A stretch of DNA of 64,000 nucleotides, from positions 183 through 64,182 of the forward strand of contig CAYSEF010000005.1 of NCBI GenBank assembly GCA_964430105.1. The letters are read 5' to 3'. The notes beneath the pieces were generated by a model that had not been told where the DNA came from, did not search any database, and worked only from the letters and a program-made list of their open reading frames with translations. Both the position numbers and the translations under genes were made by a program. Source of the stretch: an uncultured Ruminococcus sp. (GTDB lineage Bacteria; Bacillota; Clostridia; Oscillospirales; CAG-272). Below, piece after piece: positions 27,297-34,886 of this stretch (its first letter is position 1; each line of letters starts with the position of its first letter).

Positions 27297-29588
27297 TTAC
27301 TTTGAGTTTTTGCGCAATTCAACTCGTCTTATCTTACCGCTGATAGTCTTAGGAAGTTCGGGCAAAAATTCAACGATTCTGGGATACTTATACGGTGCGG
27401 TATGCTCCTTAACGTAATTCTGTATCTCCTTGACCAATTCGGGTGAGCCTTCCTTACCGGGAACAAGCACAATAGATGCCTTTACGACCTGTCCGCGGAT
27501 TTCATCAGGTGCAGCTGTAATAGCACATTCCAAAACATACGGAAGTTCCATGATAACAGATTCGATTTCAAAGGGACCTATGCGATAGCCCGATGACTTA
27601 ATAACATCATCAACTCGTCCGACATACCAGAAATATCCATCTTCATCACGCCATGCGGTATCGCAGGTATGATAGTAACCGTCATGCCAAGCCTCTTTTG
27701 TAGCTTCTTCATTACCATAATAACCACTGAACAAACCGGCAGGAACACCGTTTTTAGTGCTGATAACGATTTCACCTGTTTCACCGACTTCGCAGGATTT
27801 TCCGTCAGGTGTAAGAATATCTACATCGTAAAGTGGTGATGGATGTCCCATGGAGCCCGGCTTAGGTGTATCACCGACAAAGTTACCTATTACAAGTGTT
27901 GTTTCTGTCTGACCAAAGCCTTCCATAAGCGACAAGCCTGTGTACTCCTTAAACTTGTAGAATACCTCAGGGTTGAGTGCTTCACCTGCTATTGTAGCGT
28001 GCTTAAGAGATGAGAGATCGTAATTTTCGATACCGGCCTTTATGAAGAAACGGAACATTGTAGGCGGTGCACAGAATGTTGTAATCTGATATTTAGCGAA
28101 CAGCGGAAGGAGATCAGCCGCATCGAATTTTTCAAAATCATATGCAAAAACACATCCTTCGCACAGCCACTGACCATAGAGCTTACCCCAAAGAGCTTTT
28201 CCCCAGCCTGTATCGGAAATTGTAAAATGGATACCGTTCGGATCAGCATTGTGCCAATATCTGGCAGTGATATAGTGACCGAGCGCATATCTGTAGCTCT
28301 GAGTAGCGAGCTTAGGATAGCCTGTTGTACCACTTGTGAACATCATATACATGATATCTTCACCACATGGAGTATTTTCACGACGTTCAAATACAGGAGA
28401 GAAGCTCATAAATTCGTCATTGAACGAATGCCAGTTATCCTTATGACCATTGACAATGATCTTTGTGATATCCTGCGGAACGAGCTTTTCTGCAAGTTCA
28501 GCCTGATGAGCTGTATCTCCATCCGCTGTACAAATGATAGCGGTTACATTTGCTGCTTTATAGCGATATTCAAAATCATGTTCAACGAGCATATGTGTTG
28601 CAGGAATAGCAACCGCACCAAGCTTATGCAGACCCATCATAGCTACCCAGAACTGCCAATGTCTTTTGAGAACGATCATTACCTTATCGCCTGTACTGAT
28701 TCCGAGAGATTCAAAATAGTTAGCGGCACGGCTTGACAATTCGGAGATATCCTTAAATGATAAGCGAGTTTCTTTCTTATTAACATCAAGATGAAGAAGT
28801 GCAGTCTTATCAGGAGTTTTAGCGGCAATAGCATCTACTGTATCGAATGCAAAATTATATTTGTCTTCGTTATGGAATTTGATTTCCTTAAGCTTGCCGT
28901 TTTCCTCGATACATTCGATGAATCGCATAGCAACCGGATCCTCGGGAAGCGGTGCAAGCTTGTCTTGAACAGTCGGCTCAACTTTTTCTTCTTCCTGTTC
29001 GGGATAATCATAAGCTGCTCCGCCTGCTGAAATTACGATAGCGAGAATATCACAGTCTGCACCGTCGTATGCGATCATACCGTGTGGCTTTGAGCTGTCA
29101 TAATAAATCGAGTCACCGGGTTCAAGAATTTCTGTATGTCCATCAATAACTACTTTAAGCTTACCTGATAGGATATAGTCGTATTCCTGACCTTCATGTC
29201 TGCTGAGCTTGATAGGCTGATTCTGTTCTTCTTCGGAATACTTTACAGTTACATGGAACGGTTCAGCGATCTTATTTTTGAAAAGCGGTGCAAGGTTATT
29301 GTAGCGGAAGCCTTTACGACGCGCAATAGGAAGACCGCCTCCGGCTCTTACAATACCGTATTCAGCAAGAGTTGGGCTGGAACCTTTGAGAAGGTCAGTG
29401 GTGTCAACGCCAAGACGAGCCGCGCACTTATAAATAAAACTGAAAGAAAAGTCGGCTTCACCTGCTTCAAGCTCACGATAAGCTTCCAGGGTAACACCTG
29501 TACAAGATGCCATTTCTTCTTCGGAAATTTCGCAAATCAAACGAGATTCACGAATTCTGTCCGCAACTTCTTTAAGGATTTTTTCCAT
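27297..29588 (-). CDS. fusion protein: XRE-type HTH + cupin domain + AMP-forming acyl-CoA synthetase (MACS/ACSM-like)
   Basis: 763 aa. Residues 1-70 are HTH_XRE-like. Roughly 115-190 is a cupin (GQEYDYILSG...GDSIYYDSSKPHG). Roughly 230-763 is an adenylate-forming enzyme (MFTSGTTGYPK, GFGQTET, GYYHTCD, GRVDDVIKSSGYRIGPFEIE, PKTISGKIRR). Confidence 0.8.
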   Translation of the reverse strand: MEKILKEVADRIRESRLICEISEEEMASCTGVTLEAYRELEAGEADFSFSFIYKCAARLGVDTTDLLKGSSPTLAEYGIVRAGGGLPIARRKGFRYNNLAPLFKNKIAEPFHVTVKYSEEEQNQPIKLSRHEGQEYDYILSGKLKVVIDGHTEILEPGDSIYYDSSKPHGMIAYDGADCDILAIVISAGGAAYDYPEQEEEKVEPTVQDKLAPLPEDPVAMRFIECIEENGKLKEIKFHNEDKYNFAFDTVDAIAAKTPDKTALLHLDVNKKETRLSFKDISELSSRAANYFESLGISTGDKVMIVLKRHWQFWVAMMGLHKLGAVAIPATHMLVEHDFEYRYKAANVTAIICTADGDTAHQAELAEKLVPQDITKIIVNGHKDNWHSFNDEFMSFSPVFERRENTPCGEDIMYMMFTSGTTGYPKLATQSYRYALGHYITARYWHNADPNGIHFTISDTGWGKALWGKLYGQWLCEGCVFAYDFEKFDAADLLPLFAKYQITTFCAPPTMFRFFIKAGIENYDLSSLKHATIAGEALNPEVFYKFKEYTGLSLMEGFGQTETTLVIGNFVGDTPKPGSMGHPSPLYDVDILTPDGKSCEVGETGEIVISTKNGVPAGLFSGYYGNEEATKEAWHDGYYHTCDTAWRDEDGYFWYVGRVDDVIKSSGYRIGPFEIESVIMELPYVLECAITAAPDEIRGQVVKASIVLVPGKEGSPELVKEIQNYVKEHTAPYKYPRIVEFLPELPKTISGKIRRVELRKNSK

Positions 29589-29630
29589 AATGTATAGCCT
29601 TTCTGATATATTTTTCGTGTTTTGATATGT

Positions 29631-29939
29631 AAAAAAACAAAAAAGTCCGTCTCATTTTGAGACGAACTTGTGATTTTCAAATTCGCGGTACCACTCAAAT
29701 TGCATATTACTATGCCACTCTGCGGACTCAAGCAAGTCCTGTGCCATCACGCAGCACCAGCGGGGAACCATTACTCAGCGTGAATTTACAGACAAAACAC
29801 ACTTTTCCTTTCCCGACTCGGAAGTGATTGGATATCTGTCTACCGTGCTCGCATTCCACCCGCGCGAACTCTCTGTAGCGGTGCATGACCGAAATCCGTC
29901 TTCGTCACAGTCTTTAGTTACCGTATAGGTTGTTTAATT
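29631..29939 (-). promoter_or_regulatory. T-box riboswitch leader (apparent specifier AUC, Ile) with intrinsic terminator
   Basis: The minus strand carries a GA/K-turn motif, AG bay AGAGAG, distal loop GGTGGAA and T-box sequence AATTTGAGTGGTACCGCGAA (complement of 29682-29701). The terminator AAGTTCGTCTC/GAGACGGACTT plus T-run competes with an antiterminator carrying the UGGU bulge. Confidence 0.85.
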
Positions 29940-29945
29940 TTCGTT

Positions 29946-29975
29946 ATTATACCACAGTTAGCAGTCGTTTGTCAA
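29946..29975 (-). promoter_or_regulatory. sigma-70-type promoter of the T-box leader
   Basis: Minus strand TTGACA (29975-29970), 18-nt spacer with TG, TATAAT (29951-29946). Confidence 0.6.
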
Positions 29976-30125
29976 GAATATTTTCTCAAAAATCTGCATA
30001 AAATTCAAAACTTACCCATTTTTGTGCTGAATTTTATGCAAATTTTTCAATTATTATTGAAATAACTGTATATTTGTGCTATACTGACTACAAGTTAATA
30101 TTCACAAATCACAGGAGAAGATCAC

Positions 30126-30821
30126 ATGAAATACAAAACCGAATTGCATTGTCACAGCAAAGATGCCAGCGGATGTGCACATGAATCTGCTGAAGGTATC
30201 GTCGAGAAGTATAAAAAATACGGCTACACCACTATTTGTCTGACGAACCACTTCACTCCATTCCCGGACATGGAGAATCCTGAAAAATGGGCTGCTAATG
30301 TTGAGCACAAGTATGCAGCTTACGAAAAGCTCAAAGCTCTTGCGGGAGATGATCTGAATATACTTTTCGGACTTGAATTCAGATTCGTACAGAATTCAAA
30401 CGACTATCTTGTTTTCGGATTTGACAAAGATTATCTCATAAATCATGGTTGTGATATTCTGAAAATGGGAGTTCACAGATTCACCGAAATGGCACGTCAA
30501 GACGGTATCATAACGATTCAAGCGCACCCGTTCCGCTATGGTATGACTACAACACCGCCGGATCATGTAGACGGTATCGAAATTTTCAATGGTCATCCGG
30601 GACATAATTCTAACAACGACATTGCTGAAGCATGGGCAAAGAAATACGGCAAGATTATTACTTCCGGCACCGATCACCACGACCCACATCACATTCCCGA
30701 CGGTGGTATTATTACCGATGTACCGATAACCAGCGTTGAGCAGTTTGTAAATATTCTCAAGTCCGGTGAATACGAGCTTTACAGAGATTTCACCTTCGGT
30801 AAGGGAAACAGCGAATTATAA
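30126..30821 (+). CDS. PHP-domain metal-dependent phosphoesterase
   Basis: 231 aa with N-terminal ELHCHSKDASGCA (HxH), later HP... and DHHD metal-ligand motifs. Confidence 0.7.
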   Translation: MKYKTELHCHSKDASGCAHESAEGIVEKYKKYGYTTICLTNHFTPFPDMENPEKWAANVEHKYAAYEKLKALAGDDLNILFGLEFRFVQNSNDYLVFGFDKDYLINHGCDILKMGVHRFTEMARQDGIITIQAHPFRYGMTTTPPDHVDGIEIFNGHPGHNSNNDIAEAWAKKYGKIITSGTDHHDPHHIPDGGIITDVPITSVEQFVNILKSGEYELYRDFTFGKGNSEL

Positions 30822-30864
30822 TTTATCACAAGCCATTATCAATCCCACGCAACAGGAGAATATT

Positions 30865-31893
30865 ATGAAACAAATCACATTAGGTAGCACGGGAATTACT
30901 GTTCATCAAAATGCTTTCGGTGCACTTCCGATTCAGCGAGATGACACCGCTACAGCTGTAAAGCTACTTAGAAAAGCTTATGATGGAGGCATGACATTTT
31001 TCGACACAGCACGAGCTTACTCTGACAGTGAAGAAAAAATCGGAATTGCCCTCTCGGATGTAAGAAAAAATATTTTTATAGCCACAAAAACCGGTGCTCA
31101 AACTCCGGATGAAATGAAGAAGCATATCGAAACCTCGCTATCTCTTCTTAAGACTGACTATATCGATATATATCAGTTCCACTGTGCAAATCAATGCTAC
31201 GCACCCGATGACGGAACAGGAATGTATGAAACAATGCTCGATTTCAAGCGACAGGGGCTGATTCGTCACATTGGTATTACCTGCCATAAAATCGGTGTTG
31301 CCGAGGATTGTGTTAAGTCCGGATTATATGAAACAATGCAGTTCCCTTTCAGTTACATTTCCGGAAATCGCGAAATCGCTCTTGTAAATCTCTGTCGTGA
31401 AAACAACATGGGATTTATCGCAATGAAAGGACTTGCAGGTGGTCTTATAACAAATTCTCGCACTGCAATGGCTTTTATGACTCAATTCGACAATGTTGTG
31501 CCGATTTGGGGAATTCAGCGTGAAAATGAACTCGATGAGTGGCTCTCTTACATGAATGAAACTCCTGAGCTTGACGCTGAGATGCTTTCTCTGATCGAAC
31601 AGGACAAGAATGAGCTTGGAATTGACTTCTGTAGAGGCTGCGGATATTGTATGCCATGTCCTAAGAACATCATCATAAACCAATGTGCAAGAATGTCTCT
31701 CATGCTCAGACGTGCACCGTCCCAAAGCTGGCTCTCGGATTATTGGCAGGCTGAAATGCAACGTACAACAGAATGTATGAACTGCGGTGCGTGTATGAAA
31801 AAATGTCCATATGAGCTTAACACGCCTGCATTACTCAAAAAGAATTACGAAGATTATCAAAAAGTCCTTGCGCATGAAGTAAGCGTGATGTAA
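30865..31893 (+). CDS. aldo/keto reductase with C-terminal Cys-rich (4Fe-4S-type) extension
   Basis: AKR motifs (FFDTARAYSDSEEKIG). The C-terminus has CRGCGYCMPCP and CMNCGACMKKCP. ATG 30865 follows AGGAGA; the ORF track starts earlier. Confidence 0.78.
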   Translation: MKQITLGSTGITVHQNAFGALPIQRDDTATAVKLLRKAYDGGMTFFDTARAYSDSEEKIGIALSDVRKNIFIATKTGAQTPDEMKKHIETSLSLLKTDYIDIYQFHCANQCYAPDDGTGMYETMLDFKRQGLIRHIGITCHKIGVAEDCVKSGLYETMQFPFSYISGNREIALVNLCRENNMGFIAMKGLAGGLITNSRTAMAFMTQFDNVVPIWGIQRENELDEWLSYMNETPELDAEMLSLIEQDKNELGIDFCRGCGYCMPCPKNIIINQCARMSLMLRRAPSQSWLSDYWQAEMQRTTECMNCGACMKKCPYELNTPALLKKNYEDYQKVLAHEVSVM

Positions 31894-31904
31894 AATTCAA
31901 AAAA

Positions 31905-31955
31905 GGCTGCCCGCATTTCGGAAATTTCCTAATGAATGCGAGCAGCCTCTTTTTT
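31905..31955 (+). repeat. conserved-loop hairpin terminator element, copy 4 (variant loop)
   Basis: GGCTGCCCGC-ATTTCGGAAATTTCCTAATGAA-TGCGAGCAGCC followed by a T-run. Confidence 0.7.
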
Positions 31956-31969
31956 ATTACTGTTTTTTA

Positions 31970-33451
31970 TCAGTTGTGAGATTCGTAGTTCTTATTAATA
32001 ACTTCGATTGTCTTATTAAGAACCTTTTCTCTTCTTTTTGCTTCAGAAACGATATCACGAGTATCGTTATAGAACATCTTAGTGATGAAACCGTCACGGA
32101 TATCACCGCAGAAGTAGGAGTCACCAAGGTCGAGAAGTGCGGTATCGAAAATAAGGTCAACCATATCAGCAGATTCTTCGTCACGAGCATACTTACCCTT
32201 GAGCGCAATATCCTTGTATGTAGGAAGTACGGAATTGAAGGATTCGCAGGTAATTGCTTCGAGAATAATGGAAGAACGCTCAACATCAGGAGTAGATGTA
32301 GGAACAACAGAAGTATCAAACATAGAAACACGGCTGATATATTCTGCCTGGTTTTCATCCCACTTCGGGAAAGGAAGAATACCGAATTCGCTTTCCATAT
32401 CACGCATAGTGTCGATCCAATAGAAAATAGTACCGAGGAACAGACCCTGGTTATTACGGAACATATTGTGATATGTAGTACCTTCGTTGGATTCGTCGTT
32501 TGTCAAATACCATGCGTTATTGTCGTTACAAATTGCAAAGATCTTTGTAAATACGTCAACAAAGTGTTCATCTTTGGATATCTTTACTACAGGATAGTTA
32601 TTTTCATCCTTCTGAACGTAAAGTGCGCCACCTGCCTGGATAAATGAGCAATGAGTATACTTAGAGGAACCGAGAAGACCCCATGTATCGCTTGCATCGT
32701 ACACACCGTCACCGTTTGCATCATTGGTAACCTGGCCTGCCATTTCGCCGAACTTATCGAATGTCCACTTGCCTTCTCTTACGAGAGTATATGGATCTTC
32801 AAGGCCGTTATTCTTAAGAAGCTCCTTATTGAAAAGAAGTACGTTGAGGTAGTCGATAACAACAAGGTTAGCTGAACCGATAGCTACATAGTTACGATCA
32901 CCGAATGCGATAGAATGAGTCAGATCTGCATCCCAATAAGGCATATCGAGCTTGATATGTTCGAGAGTGTCGATATCAATACAATAATTTCTCTGAGCCA
33001 TGTTGTTCGCCTGAGTACAACGAACATTCATGAGAGAATAAGTCTGGTCACCGGCAGTAACAAGAGTAGTAGGATCACCTTCGTTAGAGTAAACCTGTTC
33101 TGTGAGATTTACATCGAAGCGTTCTTCGATCATTGAATTTCTGTAGTAAATAGCGTCATTGAGTGCTTCTGCGTTCAGTTCTTCAACAAGGAACTGATAG
33201 TGAGTTGTGTTGGTACGGCTGAAAATATTATAGTCAGCTCCGTTGTATTTAACTTCGGGAAGACCATCATCAATTTTCTCTACGGTATCTGCGGATGCAT
33301 CAACATCAACAACAGATTCGTCAGCTACAGAACCATTTGTTTCTGTAGGAGTGTTTTTTGTTTCGTCTTCATTGACTCCGGATTCGGAGCAAGCAACTAT
33401 AGACGGTGCAAGCATTGCACAGAGCAAAAGAAGGGAAATTACCTTTTTCAT
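31970..33451 (-). CDS. extracellular solute-binding lipoprotein (large ABC substrate-binding-protein type), orphan
   Basis: Signal/lipobox MKKVISLLLLCAMLAPSIVAC, about 490 aa, LipO/family-1-like. ATG 33451 is preceded by GGAGG. No permease or ATPase gene is adjacent. Confidence 0.6.
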   Translation of the reverse strand: MKKVISLLLLCAMLAPSIVACSESGVNEDETKNTPTETNGSVADESVVDVDASADTVEKIDDGLPEVKYNGADYNIFSRTNTTHYQFLVEELNAEALNDAIYYRNSMIEERFDVNLTEQVYSNEGDPTTLVTAGDQTYSLMNVRCTQANNMAQRNYCIDIDTLEHIKLDMPYWDADLTHSIAFGDRNYVAIGSANLVVIDYLNVLLFNKELLKNNGLEDPYTLVREGKWTFDKFGEMAGQVTNDANGDGVYDASDTWGLLGSSKYTHCSFIQAGGALYVQKDENNYPVVKISKDEHFVDVFTKIFAICNDNNAWYLTNDESNEGTTYHNMFRNNQGLFLGTIFYWIDTMRDMESEFGILPFPKWDENQAEYISRVSMFDTSVVPTSTPDVERSSIILEAITCESFNSVLPTYKDIALKGKYARDEESADMVDLIFDTALLDLGDSYFCGDIRDGFITKMFYNDTRDIVSEAKRREKVLNKTIEVINKNYESHN

Positions 33452-33597
33452 TTTTGCCTCCAATTTATTTAATGACTAAAAATATGGTGGGTACATTATA
33501 GCACAAAAACTTAAATATTTCAACTACTAAAATAAAATTTGCGATAATAATCTTGAATTATTTACATTTCAACATCTATTCACATTGCTTTTAGATT

Positions 33598-34827
33598 TTA
33601 TTCGCTTTCAGCTGATGAAACACGATTTCCCCATTTATCCGTAAGAAATGCACGATCATCTTTTGACTTATGCCAAACTCTGCTGTCCTCCCAGATAAAA
33701 TCACATTCACCGTTATATCCTGCACAAGCCACTACAATCGAGTCACCTGCCGATATAACAGCTCCATCGGGAAATCTAAACAATTCTTTTCCTGTTTCCG
33801 AAGTAATGTACCATCCGGAAATATCAACGTCTGTTTTTTCTTCATTTTTGATTTCAACAGTTTGATCTTCCTTTGAAACAGACAAAATACGCACATCCTT
33901 TGGATTTTCCGCTGTTTTAAGTTCATTCACTTCTATTTTGCCGGTGTTTTTGACCTTGACTAATATTCCAAGCTCAGATTCATCTGTCACATAAACCTTT
34001 GCACCATGCTCGCCAAGCCCATCAATGATACTGTCATGTGCACTGTCAGCATCCTCATCTCTGTCTGTCGATATTACTGCTACCTGCGGAGTTGTCGCTT
34101 CTATAAATTTTACCGAAGTTGCATCTTTTCTCCCGTGATATCCAACCTTCAGAATATCGCAATCAAGTGGCATTTCATTATAGATAAGCGAGGTTTCCTC
34201 ATTATATTTCATATCGCCTGTAAATAACGCTGTGATTCCGTTGACATTTAACCTAAGCACAAGAGAATTTTCGTTATCATCGGGATTATAACGAATAGGC
34301 CCCATAACCTCAAACCAAACACCGTCAGAAATCTCCACAACTGCCCCAGGGTCGAGTGCAATTCTCTCGGTTTCACCGATAATACTGTCAACAGTTTCCC
34401 ATTCTGCTGATATTGACGACGTATATACAGTTTCGACAGGATATTCCTGTGCTATAGTTTCATATCCGCCAACATGGTCTTTATCTGAATGAGTAAAGTA
34501 TACTGCATCAAGCTTTTCCACAGCCATCATCTCAAGAGCCGGCAGAACAGTAGCAGGAGAAGCGGAAGTTCCTGTATCAATAAGTGCAGTATAGCTATCC
34601 ACCATGACAAGAATACAGTCAGCTTTACCTGCATTTGTAAACAGTATCTGTACATCATGCTCTCCTGACGGTTGAATTGTCATGTAATCCTGCAATATTT
34701 CACGGTCTTCTCTCCCCTTCGCTACTTCAACTTGAACGGAAGCTTTTGATTCCTCTGTTTCAGTGGAAGTATTATTACATCCTGTAAGCAACAAAGCCGC
34801 TAATACTATCAGCAATATTTTTTTCAA
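33598..34827 (-). CDS. lipoprotein with MBL-fold (ComEC C-terminal-like) hydrolase domain and C-terminal lamin-tail domain
   Basis: Lipobox LLLTGC, MBL motif YFTHSDKDHVGG, C-terminal ~100 aa LTD-like (EIKNEEKTDVDISGWYITS...GDSIVV). TTG start preceded by GGGAGA. Confidence 0.65.
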   Translation of the reverse strand: MKKILLIVLAALLLTGCNNTSTETEESKASVQVEVAKGREDREILQDYMTIQPSGEHDVQILFTNAGKADCILVMVDSYTALIDTGTSASPATVLPALEMMAVEKLDAVYFTHSDKDHVGGYETIAQEYPVETVYTSSISAEWETVDSIIGETERIALDPGAVVEISDGVWFEVMGPIRYNPDDNENSLVLRLNVNGITALFTGDMKYNEETSLIYNEMPLDCDILKVGYHGRKDATSVKFIEATTPQVAVISTDRDEDADSAHDSIIDGLGEHGAKVYVTDESELGILVKVKNTGKIEVNELKTAENPKDVRILSVSKEDQTVEIKNEEKTDVDISGWYITSETGKELFRFPDGAVISAGDSIVVACAGYNGECDFIWEDSRVWHKSKDDRAFLTDKWGNRVSSAESE

Positions 34828-34886
34828 TATTTTTCTCCCTTCAAGTATTGAATCCGTATACTTTACAATTCCGACATTCTGTCATA

